In this document: piece after piece, positions 14,223 through 27,435 of the stretch
Layout of the letters: every line of letters begins with the position of its first letter
Position numbering within the stretch: position 1 is the first letter of the stretch
DNA from: the human T2T-CHM13v2.0 reference genome, Homo sapiens
Reading direction: 5' to 3' (one strand)
NCBI RefSeq assembly: GCF_009914755.1
Contig: NC_060927.1
DNA: 64,000 bases
The notes under the pieces: model-generated
What the model was told of the DNA's origin: nothing
The model's database searches: none
The model's input: the letters and a program-made list of their open reading frames with translations, nothing else
Program-made: the position numbers and the translations under genes

Positions 14223-14612
14223 TGACTTAGTTCATTCATGCTACTGTAACAAAATACTTTAGACTAGGTAATTAATAAAGAACAAATTTATTTCTCACAG
14301 TACTGGAGGCTAGAAAGTCCAAGATCAAGGCACCAAGAGATTTAGTCTCTGCTGAGGGCTGCTCTCTGTTACTCAGATAGTGCCTTGTTGCTGTGTCCTC
14401 CAGAGGGGATGAATGCTGCGTCTTCACATGATGAAAGGGATGGAAGAGATAAACTTGTCCCCTCAAGCCCTTTTATAAGCCAGACATCCATTCAAGAGGG
14501 CAGAGCCTTTATGCCTAATTGCCTCCTAAAGGCCTCACCTCTCAATACTGTTGTATTGGGAATTAAGTTTCAGCATGAGCTTGGAGGGGACGCAAACATT
14601 CAAATCATTATA
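14223..14612 (-). mobile_element. ERVL-MaLR solo LTR, MSTC/MSTD-like
   Basis: tttatttctcacagtactggaggctagaaagtccaagatcaagg; tgtgtcctccagagggga; ends ggaggggacgcaaacattcaaatc. Confidence 0.85.
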
Positions 14613-14914
14613 AGCAATCCACTTCACTCATTTATATGGTCGTTCAGATCCCTGTGGAAATTTTGGTGTGAAATTTCTGGACAAGAGCACCTTTTCCATT
14701 TTTTTCACTGTGGACATATGGGAAGTGGTGTTTGGTAGCCAGACCAGAGTTCTGCAAAAAACTGTGAGGGTCTTGCAGATGGGGTCTATCATGCTCTCTT
14801 CTTCAACCCTCTCTTACTGAGGGTAAGGGTTTTGAGCCCCAGACACTCAGTCAACATAGTCCTACTTTTGGGCTCTTTTATTTCCTCTAAGTCTGGGCTT
14901 GGGAAGCCAGGTTG

Positions 14915-15165
14915 CAGCACAATTAAGAATATGGGCTTTGAATTCAGGCTACCCCATTTCAAATGGTAGCTTCCCCACTTCAGAGGCATGTGACTTCTGT
15001 TCAGTCACTTAACCTCCCTTTACCTCAGTTCCCTTTTCATAAAATTGGGCTAATAAATAGAACTGAGTCAGTAGGATTGTTACGATAGATAAATGCACTA
15101 ATATATGTGAAGGGCTTAGACAATACCTGGCATGTAGTGAGTGCTTAGTGCATACGAATGATTAT
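14915..15165 (+). mobile_element. MIR, near full length
   Basis: agtcacttaacctc...cctcagttccc...aaaattggg...cctggcatgtagtgagtgctta. Confidence 0.75.
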
Positions 15166-15499
15166 TACTACCACCATTATAGCATCACCCCAGTGTTTTA
15201 AAACCCCATAGTAGCCTTATAAAAATCCCCCAATCCCAGACTGCGTCATAATTGTGAACATGGTAAAGAGCACTAGGGGATACAATTTCGTGAAATTGAT
15301 TGAGCATACTTTATGTAGCTCCAGGGAAAAATACAGGCCAAGTAAGTAAAAGTTAGAGGGAAACAGATGTTAATGCAACATAAAGAAGGCTTTTCTTATG
15401 TTCAAAGCTAGAAAGCAATGAAGTGACTGCTTGTAAGGTGATGAGCAACCTGTCACTTATGGTGTTCAGGCAAAGACTGAATGATTGTAGCTAGGCAAG

Positions 15500-15760
15500 T
15501 TGTACGGCAAACTGGTAGTCACAAACTACATATGACTATTTAAATTTGTTACTTAAAATTAAATAATTAAGTTCAAATCCTAGCTAAAAGAAATAAATAT
15601 TTTAAAAATTGAAATGAAATTAGAAATTCAGCTCCTCAAATACAGTAGCTACACTTGAAGTGCTGATAGCAATAGCCACAAGTGGCTAGCGGCTCCTTTA
15701 TTAGACAACACAAATGTAGAACATTTCCACCACAATAGAAAGTTCTGCTGAACACCGTCA
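15500..15760. mobile_element. MER3/MER33-like hAT DNA transposon
   Basis: aattcagctcctca...tagccacaagtggctag...tagaacatttccaccacaatagaaagttct. Confidence 0.75.
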
Positions 15761-16149
15761 TTATAGAGGGATGTCCTGCACTAGATTTCTGAATCCAGTA
15801 TTTGGGTTGGAATAAAAAAACAATTTGATATACGGGGTGATATAGCACTTACCTGCAGACTCCATGATTTCAGGCTTATGCATGGCCCCAGGAAAAGCAC
15901 TGTCCCTCAGCCTCAGTTTCCTCATATATATTATATGATTAAAACTTGTCCCTAAGGGTGGTTGTGAGTATAAAGGGATAAAGCTCAAGCTCAGCAGGTA
16001 GCACAAGGCAGCGTACACGGATGCTTGGGTTCTTTCTTTCTATGAAAGGAAAGGAAACATGTAGAGTCAACAATCTCAGGTACAGTAAAACAGCCATTTT
16101 ATGTAGCCTCCCAAAGAGCAAGATCTTTCCAAAATCAATAGCTACCCTA

Positions 16150-16350
16150 GCTACCATCAGTGAGCACTTAACCGTGTACTGGGCTGTAAGCTAAACTCCT
16201 TACATGCAGTATCTGATTTAATTCCCGCCACCATCCTGTGAGATGGCTTCTCACACCAAAGATCCTAAAACTTAGAGAGATTATATGATTTCCCAAGATT
16301 ATAAAGGGCTGTATACAGAATTCAAATGCAGCTTCTTTTGACTCACGATG
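16150..16350 (-). mobile_element. MIR
   Basis: tgagcacttaccgtgtactgggc-like start, atttaattc...cctgtgagatg, ttcccaag...gaattcaaatgcag. Confidence 0.55.
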
Positions 16351-17929
16351 ATTGCTACTTATAAAAATTGATATATATGGAATATTACATATCCATACAC
16401 ACATACATACATGCATACATACATATATTGTGCTAAACACATGAATGCATCATCTCATTTAATCCTTATAGGTACTATGTGGGTGAAGAAGTTTTGAAAA
16501 TTTAAATGCTTTGCTTAACAATTCCTACCCAGAAACTAGCACAGCTAGTATCTGGACCCAAGTCTCTCTAGTATCACGTGTTTTACAGCTGTGTTCCCAG
16601 GCTAGCATCCTTGTTTAGAAGACAGGTGAACAAAACCTTTAAGGTTGATGTCACTATGGCCTTTGTCATGCAGAGATAAAGATGCCATGTATGTGTTTTC
16701 TCTTGCCAATCACACTGTAAACTCTTTTAGACAAGGGTTGTATCTCCAGCATTTATTTCTTCTAAGTCTCCAAGAACTGCACAGACTACATAGGATTCAA
16801 TAACTATTTGCCTAATTAGAATAGAAGTAAATCTTCTCAGAAAACAGATTGACAAGAAATGTTTCTTATTTAGCAACTTACTTGAGTGGAACCTTGTCTA
16901 TCTTCATGAAGAAAAGCAAGTATTCATTATGTATATATTTGTTATCACTTTAACCATTGATGGATGCCTGCAGTTAAGGTGGAAGGGTCTGTTTGTTTTC
17001 AGAAAAAAAAACTAGGATTAATAGCAAGGCGAAAAACACTTGATGTCAAATCTCTCAGAAAACCAAATAATTTTTTGGTTTGATTTGTTAGTTTTGGCTG
17101 CCGTTTAATTCCTTAAGAAGCTAGGGTAATAGTTGTGTACTTTCAGGCCATTTCCACCCCTTCTATTGTGAAGATGGAGCTCCCCACACTAGTCGGTGTA
17201 GTGTTTCTCTGCTAGGCCAGCCAAGTAGAAAACTCCAATTAGCTGACAAGTGGTTAAAGTGCTGCTGAGACTAGACACAGGGGGAGAAAATGGCTCTTGT
17301 CAACTATATTCTTTCCAAGCATTCTGATTCTTGTTATGTTGTGCAAAAGGCAGCCTAAGGGTGGACTGACAGGGCATTTTTATATCCCTTTTAGAGATGT
17401 AAGTGTCCCTGAGCTTGGAGATTCCCAATTACACCTGTTCAAGTTCCCAAGGAATTATGAGGAAGATGATCTGTTTTAGTTTAGATTTGGGATCTTGGAA
17501 ATTGGAGAGATAATTTTTCTTTAAGAGGTGATAGAATAATATCAGATTACAGAAGCCTTCAGATGTTACACAAAATGTTTAAATGTACTTTACATGTTGC
17601 TTCATGTGCCTTCTTGATATTCTTACAAAAGTATTATGTATTCATTAAATGGATTATCAGCAGATTGTTTTGGTAGTATTTTCAGGGAACCAACATTCAA
17701 CAAGGCTGTTTATTCTTATTATAGCAATAAAGCTAAAAGTCAAATTCTGCTCCCAGAATTACTGAAAACAACTAAGTGTATGTATTTTCAGACATTTTTC
17801 TATGCTTATATGACTTTCTGTATACATAATTTTGAATTGTTTTTATTTAAAACACTGAATCATTCTAGTTCTATTGATTTTTATTTTTTTTATATCCTGG
17901 AGATCTTCATGTCATCTTATTGAGCTAAT

Positions 17930-18125
17930 AATATTTACAATTATACCCAGTTTTATTATTGATGGCATACCATATGTCAAATTCTGTACTAAGATATTTA
18001 CATCTCATTAACATTTCAACAAATCTGAGGCATTATTCCAGTTCTATCATTGTTTTCATCTAACAGGCAGGGAAACTGAAGCTTGAGAGGTCAAGCAACT
18101 TGCCCAAGAAAAACTAGTAACAGGT
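17930..18125 (-). mobile_element. MIR
   Basis: acaggcagggaaactgaagcttgagaggtcaagcaacttgcccaag. Confidence 0.65.
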
Positions 18126-18897
18126 GGACTCTCTCAGACACTGTATGATATGGCTTCCCTTTTTAAATGGTTACATATTATTTCATTGTTTGCATGCCTC
18201 ATTATCCCCACCTCCAAGGTAGACTGATTGTCTTTCCCCCATACCGCAAATCTATGGTCTACTCTCCTTCCCCATCCCTGCAGCTGCTCACAGCCCTCAG
18301 ATGGAGTTTTTGCTGGTGAATAAATGCTGCCCTTCCTTTAAAATAAAACTTGTAGCCTTCAGGATGACAGAGCCTATGGCATGTATTAGTGATACCTTGC
18401 TGGTTCTTAGGTAAACATGTAGCATAATGGAGAAGATGATAATCCTTCTATGACCATTTTTGTAAACTGTTGTCACCAATTGAGTGATCTGAATTGATTT
18501 TCTGTTTCCAGCCTACCTAAGAAGTTTAATCCCACCTAAAGCAATAATCATCCAACTTGATTTAGAATTAATCAGGTATCATCTTCTGTCAAGGCTATGG
18601 CCAATCTGCCACTTTTTGTCCTGGGTCTCACCACTATAACAAAATGTCTTTTCCTTGCATGAATTTGTTTGACATCATAAGCTTTGTACCCAGAGCACTG
18701 TTGTCTACTCTTGGGCCAGATATCATATTATTTATGCTACCCTTCTCCATGGAGAAATTTCCTTTTTTATTGTTCACATATCATACTGCAAATACATGAA
18801 GTTCTTCCAGTATGCCCTATGGCAAAAGGTCAATATTCTCAAAATCATGTTAATCAAAAATTGCAGAACAGACTTCAGTAATGCTTGGGTTGGCCAC

Positions 18898-19391
18898 TGT
18901 GATAGGCAGAATAATGATCCCGCCAATGATACCCCCACAATCCCTAGCACCTATGAATATGTTACCCTACAAGGCAAAAGGAAAATTAAGGTGGCAGATA
19001 GAATTAAGCCTGCTAATTAGTTGATTTTAAAATAAGGAGATTATCCTGAATTATCTAGCTTGGCCTAATACAAATACAAAGGGATGCAGAAGAAAAGAAT
19101 GCAGTGATATGCTGTGAGAAGAACTCAATCTGTCATTACTGGATTTGAAGATCAAGGAAGGGAGGCCATTCACCATGGAATGTGGGCAGTCTCTAAAAGC
19201 CAGAAAATTCAAGGAAATGAATTCTCCACTAGAGCTTCCAGGAAAGATCACAGCCCTCCTGACACCTTGAGTTTAACCCAGTGGGACCGATGTTAAACTT
19301 CTGAACTACAGAGCTGTAAAATAATAAATTGGTGTTGTTTCAGGCCACCAAGATTGTGGTAAGTTGTTAAAACAGCAATAGGAAACTAAGC
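18898..19391 (+). mobile_element. ERVL-MaLR solo LTR, MLT1D-like
   Basis: tgtgataggcagaataatg...gaatatgttaccctacaaggcaaaagg...ataataaattggtgttgttt...cagcaataggaaactaa. Confidence 0.85.
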
Positions 19392-20777
19392 CACCAAATG
19401 CCCCTTCATGGAGCTAAAGTTTATTTCACTGTCAAAACAGAGGGCTTTTTCCATTAGACGAACCACTTTTCTAGTTTTATAAGGAAGCATTTCGTAGAAT
19501 CTATTAGTGAGGACCTTGATATGAGACATATTGAATAAAACATGTATAAACTGAACACAAAAATACAAGTGTGCTCCCTTATAAGATATTATATGAAGTG
19601 GGGTCATGGGTTCACCATTCTGTTACTGTATGTTTTTTAGACCCCCACTTGTATTTATCAGGATCAATCAATGCCTCTCCATTATTTGCAGCTATGATTG
19701 AAGTATGGTACAGATTTTCCCTCTTGAACAATAAAAGTACATAACCAACTTTGATGGCACTTCAGTTCCATGCCTCCTCATGCTAAATGTCGTGGTGATT
19801 TGGCAGAGAATATTTACTCCACAGATCCTCATAGAGGTGTGTGACGTGTAGAGAATAGTTTGACTGCACCACTATTAGCATCCCTTTTGAGCAACCATTT
19901 GAGCACATGCAAGACTTTTATGATTAACAATTTAACTATTTAGTAGAATATAGGTGCTTATCCTCTCTAGGCTGTTTGCCTGGTTACAGCCATAATATAA
20001 CATGTTATACATTGTGGTATTCCAGTACATATGTTGGCATAACTAAGTTTTCATCATAGAGCAAGATGCCAAATTCACTCTTCACCCGATATTTAGAGAC
20101 AAAGGAATGATGAGTAGAAGGAAAAGGGCACAAAGTAGAGTAGCGGCTACTCGGTGGTTATGTCATTTAGTATGGTTGTTGGGTTTTTTTTAAGTCACAA
20201 ATCTGCTCACTCAGCAGACTGAAAATTTCAAGTTGGTACCATTAATATTGCCACAGTTAGTCATTTGAAATACTGTCTGTACATGTAAGTATGACACATG
20301 TTTCTATTTAAACTCACAGCTTGGCCTCCTATGAAGATTCAGCAATGCTAAAATCACTGAGTCATATGGAAATGCTCACATTTTATGCAGAAACAAAATC
20401 ACTGTACTATACATTAGCATTTTGACAACATAATGCAGCCATGAAAAAAGTTTGGTACTCTAATGAAAACTAGAAGTTATTAAAATCAGTTATTATTCAT
20501 TGAATATTAAGCTGGCGAGAGGCTTTTAAATCACCAAGTTTAATATTCATAAGAAACACATGTTATGATTTCGGTCTTCTGTTTTGACGATGGATAAAGT
20601 GTGGTATAGTTTTATGCTAAAGAAATAATAAGGCAAAATGCACTTTTGCTGAAAACTTTAATTACTGTCATCTAAAGGATGACCTCACACTGGCCTTCAA
20701 GTATTAAAATAATTATTGTATAGGTGGGAAGTCAGAATCAATTGGCTGCATCACGAAGTGTTGAGCAAGAAAAAAAA

Positions 20778-21262
20778 CAGCATTATAAAAAAGAATGAAA
20801 TTGTGTCATGCAGCAACATTGATGGAACTGGAAGTTTTTATGTTAAGTGAAAAACCGAACACAGAAAGATAGATGCCATATGTTCTCACTCACAGGTAGG
20901 AGCTAAAAAAATTGATCTCATGGAGATAGACAATAGAATGATAGATATCAGAGGCTGAGAAAGGTGTGTGAGTGAGTAGGGTTACAGAAAAAGGGAGGGT
21001 GGTTAGTGGGTACAAACATAGACAAAAAAGCGCCAATGTTCGATAGCAGAGTAGGGTGACTATAGTTAGCAACAATGCATTGCATATTTCAAAGTAGCTA
21101 CAAGAGAGGACTTGAAGTGTTAAGGGCTCATAGAGATGGTAAATACTCAAAGTAATGGATAACCCCATATTCCTGATTTGATCATTACACATTATAGTCA
21201 TGTAACAAATACATGTCCCCCCTAAGTGTGTAAAATATTTTGTATCACTAAAAAAATTAAAA
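20778..21262 (+). mobile_element. L1MA (L1MA4-like) 3' end
   Basis: aaaaagaatgaaat...ttgatctcatggagatag...gttcgatagcagagtagggtgactatagtta; A-rich tail. Confidence 0.85.
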
Positions 21263-21769
21263 TGGAAAACAAAGGAAAAAAAAAACAAGATTAAACTGTA
21301 ACCCAACAGAACTGGGTAAGACATGAGAAAGAAAGCAAAGGAGAGAACCCACATTTCATGAGCATGTATTATTTGTAACCTTTTGTGTTAGGTGATTTTG
21401 CACATTATTTAATTTACTTGTGACACAAAAATCTGTGAGATTTATCTTATGCCCATTTTACAGGTGGCACTGAATCTCTTGAGAGGGTAATGAATTTACT
21501 TGAGCTCACAAAGGCAGTGAGTTGCAGAGTTGTGTAAATCCAAAATCAATGATCTTTTTACTAACATGGTGTCACTCATCTATTAACCATTCCAACCAGT
21601 CCCCAACTTAGCACTAAATAATTTTGAAAACTAAAATGGCTGTCTAGTAGAGGGAGAAAATGTCTTTTACTTCTTTCTTTCAATGGAGAATCAAGCAATA
21701 AGGTTGGGTTGGGTTTTGTTGGTATGGAGTTTATAAATTGAATTTATAAACTATACCTATGAATTTATA

Positions 21770-22420
21770 ACATACCTATTATACACTTTCTCAATGTACA
21801 AACTGTGCCATGCTGGTTTCTGAGGAAGATGGAAACATGATTTGTGCTACAGGCCTAGAGGGACTGCAAGGTGTGTATTGGGCACAAGCCATAATCGGAG
21901 TCTATACTAAATGCTGTGAGAGTTAAAAGGGGATGTCATTATTCACTTTGCTCCTAGAGACTTGCAAAGCAATAACCACAGAGGTGGCATTTTGGCTGGG
22001 CTTTGAATGATAACATTCTCACGGACTGAAGACGGAGAAATGGTATCTTAGATTCAGGAAACAGCACAGGCAAAAACTACAGAGAATCAAGCTATAATGT
22101 TGGGTTTGGTTTTATTGGTATGGTGTTTATGGACTTGATTTAATACATATCTATTGGACACCTTCTCAACGTATAAGCTTCTGAGCTGGTTTGTGTTTGG
22201 TTTGTTTGCCAAAAATAAATAAATAACAGGAGGTTAGGTTCCTAACAGGAATGGAGTGGAAATGCAGTTCAACCCTTCCTGCAGTGAATGTGAAGTCATA
22301 AGGAGTTTCTAAGAAGGGGCTACGTAACAGCAAGCTGTCTGAGGGTTTTAGAAGGCAGAACCAAAAATCAGGGAGACAAGTGGTTGGTGGATGATATCAC
22401 TCACCAGGAAAGAGATGATA
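21770..22420 (-). mobile_element. L2 3' fragments
   Basis: gaggtggcattttggctgggctttgaa...aggaaacagcacaggcaaaa...ccaggaaagagatgat. Confidence 0.5.
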
Positions 22421-23819
22421 CGGTAGGTTCTACAAATGTGTGTAGTTCCAAACACATTTTACTCTGAAATTAAATGTGGGGCATGTCATAGTACATAACG
22501 AGTAATAGAATGAGAATATAAACAGTTTTAAAGCACCTTAATCCCAAATTAGATTTCTTCCTTTTTTTTTTTTTTAACGATGTAAGCCCTGTCTTGCAGG
22601 CTTTTTTTTTTTTTTTTTTTAAATACAGTTTAACTGTCCTGACTTTAAAATTGGTTGAATAAAACTTTTCTCTATTTTGGATGATATTGCCAATTACCTA
22701 CTGGGGAATTCCTGATGTTACTCTTTCCACTAGTTTATGATTTCCACTCAATCCTTGGCTCATGTTATTACAAAGCCTGAGAGCTGGTTTTGGAATGCAT
22801 GCCTGGCACATGGTAGGTGTTCAACATTTGTTAATTTGGGAAGAGTGAGAAGGTAGAAATATTCGAGCTGGGCTCAGTGAATGAATGAGAGCGGCACACA
22901 TGAAAATGAGAAGGAAGTGACTTTGAGGCAGAGAAAATGAACCACGATGGGTCCTGGGTTGCACCTTTCTGTCCTCTGTGCTAGGACCTGTGCTAAATGG
23001 CTTACATAAATTATTTTATTTAGTCTTTGGAGCAAATCTTATGAGGTAGAGTGTTCCCACTTGATAGATGAAAACACCAATGTTCAAAGAGGCTGAATGA
23101 CTTTTCTAAGGCCTCCCAGCTAATACATGGAAAATGGGAATTCAAAGTCCGAAAGACAAGCTTTTGATCTTTAGGGTATCTTGCCCTATCCAGAGAAAGC
23201 CCAAGGCATTTTTTAATTCTTCTAACCCTTTTCTGAGAAAATACAATTTGAAGGAAGCATAAATAAGAAAAACTTTTGCAATTTTAAAAATGCATCCTGC
23301 CTGATTTTCTTTAGAAGACTCATCCCGGTTCTTTTTAAAGAAGTAAATCATTATGCATTGGCTCATTTTCTTGCCTGGAATAACCAATGAAATCTCCCAA
23401 TATATCCAAAAAGAAAGGCAAGTTATAGCTTTTTTCTTTATGAGTACGCAAACTGAAGACACAGGCAGCCTTGCGGGATTTCTCAAGGTTACAACATTGC
23501 GAACATAAGTTTTTACCCATTACCTTACTCTGCAGTGTCTCAGGGGTCACATTGTCTCTGTCTTGTTCAACATGCCATGAAAAACTGTTTCCAGCTGATG
23601 GATTTGGTGGCTTGAAAGCATGAGCTACTAGAGGTTAGGAATCTCAGAAATGAAGATTGCACAGTGTGTTTGAGAGTAATTGTTCACAGGAAAAAAGCTG
23701 AGAAATTTACCCTCTGGGGCTGGGAGGAGTGACAACAGAAAGTGAAATCAGAATTAAGTGTAAGTGAAGGCCTTGTTGCTATCTCCCACCTCAGCTTTAA
23801 GTCAGCACTTAGGACAGAA

Positions 23820-23980
23820 GGATATAGCTCTAAGAATATCCTGTAATATTTGTTTAAAATACAGATCCCTGGACTTCAATCCAGACTTGCTGAGTTAGGG
23901 CTTCCCAGGGACAGGCCAGATAACTGGGCACTTACCAGGTACTTTTGGTGATTCGTCACAGGAAACTTTAGAAAACTACG
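23820..23980. mobile_element. MER5B-like DNA transposon fragment
   Basis: ttgtttaaaatacagatccctgg...ccagacttgctgagttag. Confidence 0.5.
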
Positions 23981-24344
23981 ATTAATGGCAGTTATTATTT
24001 ACACTCCATAGCTTGGATACTGTGTTTGATTCAGGAGGCACATCTCCAAAATTCCAAAAAAGAAGTTAAAAAATGATAAAGAACAGCACCGTAAAGAGAG
24101 ATTTGGTACAAAAACTTAATTAAAGAGGGTAAAGATAATAAAGAGAAGGATGCATTTCAAGGGGAACATTTCTAGAGGAACGTATTTATCTTATAAACTT
24201 ACAGACATCTAAGTTTAAAATGTATAAACATGAAAGTTTCTAGGGAAACTGAGATGTATATCTAAGAAAAGCATAGACTATATATTCTTCAATTCTGTTT
24301 TTTCATTGTAAATTTGGGGTGAAGTTAACTGAAATAATTAACAT

Positions 24345-24590
24345 AACTAACATTGAAATACTCCTTCATATGTGCCAGGCAGAATTCTAAGAACTTTCCA
24401 TATGTTAACTCTTCTGTTAACTTCTGAATCTTTCCAACAACCCTATGATATGAATATTATTTTTATCCTCATTTTATAAATGAAGAAACTGAGGCACAGA
24501 GAAGTTCAGTCCCTTATCAAAGGTCACACAGTCAGAAAGTGGCAAGGCAGGGATTTGAACCTAAACATGTGTTTGCAGAATCTCCACTGC
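24345..24590 (-). mobile_element. MIR
   Basis: cctcattttataaatgaagaaactgaggcacagagaagtt...aaggtcacacag...ggatttgaacc. Confidence 0.8.
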
Positions 24591-25217
24591 ATCCTTTATT
24601 TAAGGTGATAATCGGCTTGTCTGTAAGGGACCTTATGATTTTGACCTTGATCATGAAGCTGAAAGACTCGTTTATTGGAGTGGGGCACAGTTTGTTATAT
24701 TAATAGTAGTTGTGTTTGTTGTAGCAGTTCATATACACTAAGCAAGCAATGTGATTATCACTTCGTATACATTGTATAATGAATTACCCAGTAAGTATAC
24801 TGAGGTCCATTTTGCAGATGGGAAAACTGAGCTTCTTACCTATGATCCTAAATAATTTTCATAAGATACACAGACAGTAAATGATAGATCTAGATCTTGA
24901 ACATTTGTCTCTCTGACTATAAAACCCATTTTCTGGCCGCTCTACCTGCTGCTGCTTATGGAATCAATATTGGTACCCAGAGAAGTTGAAACCTGAAAGT
25001 TACATGTGACTTCTAATGAAAGGACCACAGCTAAAGATATTTATAGAACTTCCAAATTACAGAGGCAGGTAAGAAATATGGTTTGGATGCTCCAACACTA
25101 CAATGTATAAGATATTTTGACAATGAGAAGGATGAGGAGTTAAGGAGGGAGAAGGGATGTTGACCCAAAAAATCAAGGATGTGAGTTACTATGTAGGACA
25201 CTTCAAATAAAGATGGG

Positions 25218-25892
25218 TGTATTAGTCCATTTTCATGCTGCTGATAAAGACATACCTGAGACTGGGTAATTGATAAAGAAAGAGATGTTTAATGGACTCA
25301 CAGTTCTATGTGGCTGGGGAGGCCTCACAATCATGGTGGAAGGTGAAAGGCACATAATACATGATAGCAGCCAAGAGAGAATGAGTGCCAGGTGAAAGGG
25401 GTTTCCCCTTATAAAACCATCAGATCAGCCAGGTGTGGTGGCTCATGCCTGTACTCCCAGCACTTTGGTAGGCCAAGGCGGGCGGATCACAAGGTCAGGA
25501 GTTCGAGACCAACCAGCCAACATAGTGAAACTGTGTCTCTACTAAAAATACAAAAATTAGCTGGGCATGGTGGCACGTGCCTGTAGTCCCAGCTACTCGG
25601 GAGGCTGAGGCAGGAGAATCACTTGAACCCCAGGAGGCAGAGGTTGCAGCAAGCCGAGATTGCACCACCGCACTCCAGCCTGGGCAACAGAGCGAGACTC
25701 CATCTCAAAAAAAAAAAAAAAAAAAGAAACCATCAGATCTCGTGAGACTTATTCACTACCATGAAAACCATATTGGGGAAACCGCCCCCATGATTCAGTT
25801 ATCTCCCATGGGGTCCCTCCCACAACACATGGAAATTATGGGAGCTACAATTCAAGATGAGATTTGGGTGGGGACACAGCCCAATAATATCA
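25218..25892 (-). mobile_element. THE1B/C solo LTR (ERVL-MaLR) split by an Alu
   Basis: tgtattagtccattttcatgctgctgataaagacatacc...gagatttgggtggggacacagcc..atatca; perfect 5-bp TSD ATGGG (25213-25217, 25893-25897). Confidence 0.93.
25427..25725 (+). mobile_element. Alu, AluSg-like
   Basis: Full dimer plus A19; TSD aaaccatcagatc (25414-25426, 25727-25739). Confidence 0.95.
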
Positions 25893-26234
25893 ATGGGTGA
25901 GTGTCCTTTCCAGTTTCCCTCTTGTCTGTAGCTGAGTCCAACAGAGAATTGTCACAGGATGAGTGTGAAGGAAAACAGCTTGAAATCTTGACTTTCAGAA
26001 AGAACAGAGGGCACAAGGATTCTTGTGTAAAGCAGCAATTCATAGTCTTCCTTTAACATCCTTACACCTAGTACTTGTTTTCAAACCATTACACAATGTA
26101 GTGTTGATTCTTCTTAAGCATATATGTCTGCAATGGAGAAAGGGACTTCGCTGGGTGGAAATGTAAAGAACCATGAAGTAGTGTAATGTAGTGGATACAA
26201 ACGTATTATCATACCTTTCCTTACAGGCAGGCAA

Positions 26235-26450
26235 TATGTGGCAGGGCTTCAAAACAGAGGTTTCAAGACCAGACAGTTCAAATCCAGCTTTGGACTCGGG
26301 ACAGGTTATTGAACTTTTCTAAGCATAAATTTTCTCTTCTATACACCAAAAAGAATGATTTTACTCATCTAGGTTTTGTGGGTTTTAAATGAATTAAATG
26401 ATGTGTCCAGTGAAGTGCCTGATTTAACAGTATGTGCTCAATAAACAGAA
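26235..26450 (+). mobile_element. MIR
   Basis: ccagacagttcaaatccagct...aagtgcctg...tgctcaataaa. Confidence 0.6.
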
Positions 26451-27240
26451 CTCACATTTATTATTAGAAGCAAGATTTAGAATGAAAAACCAGGAATCAT
26501 ATCTGTCTATCTAGAGCCTGATCATGTTCAAATGTGTTTGTATTCTGACCTGTCAATTGTGACACTCTGGACATTGACCCTGACTCAAGGTCTCCAGAAC
26601 TGACTGTCCTTACCCCCCAGTTCTAAGTTAACCATAGTTTTCCTTACCCCTTAAGCAGGAATAGGGATCTTATTTAAGATCATTATAAGGTGCTACATTC
26701 CCTTATGGGGTGGTTGTGAGAATGTAGTAGATTACCTCATGCAAAGCAATTTAGATCGTGCTAGCACATAAATGATGAGGTTGCCTATTTTTAAGACCCA
26801 CCTGAAGCTTTAAGTGGGATGTTTCTGGCACAGAAATCTCTTCAAGTGTAACGTAATCTACGTCCCTCATTGGAAATCAGAATTCTTGTAAATGACAGTG
26901 TCATTCTTCAGTAATCTCAACCTGTTTACCAGCTTCCTGCTTAACATGGTAAAGTTGCCTTATAAAATGTGAAAGATCTCTTTAGGCTTTAATAATCTTG
27001 CAGTGGTGAGATTTAATGGGACAAAAGGAAACAAAGGTTAGGTCAAACGCACTTTCAAGTTGTTTAGTAACAACTTTCAGTGTCCATCAGCGGTCACATA
27101 CCATGATTTTCCTCCACTGGGAGTCAAAGGTGAAACATGTCAAGAACCACACAAGTCACTTGTAAGCAAAGAGACAGGGCTGGAAAAGCTGTGATCATCA
27201 AAGTGATGTTCCTAATATCTGACGAAACTCATGTTGTGAT

Positions 27241-27435
27241 TCAGTGGTACACAACCTCGGACACATTATAATCGCCTGAAAGATTTTAAAAATCTAGTCC
27301 AACCATACCCCAGACAAAATAAAAGGCTCTCTGTGGTAGGACCCATGCATCTGCTCGCTTGTGTTGCCTGTTTGTTTGTTTGTTTGTCTTAAAACTCCCT
27401 GGGTGATTCTAATTTTAAGCCAAGGTTGAGAAGTG
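27241..27435. mobile_element. MER5A DNA transposon
   Basis: cagtggtacacaacct...ctccctgggtgattctaattttaagccaaggttgagaa. Confidence 0.7.
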
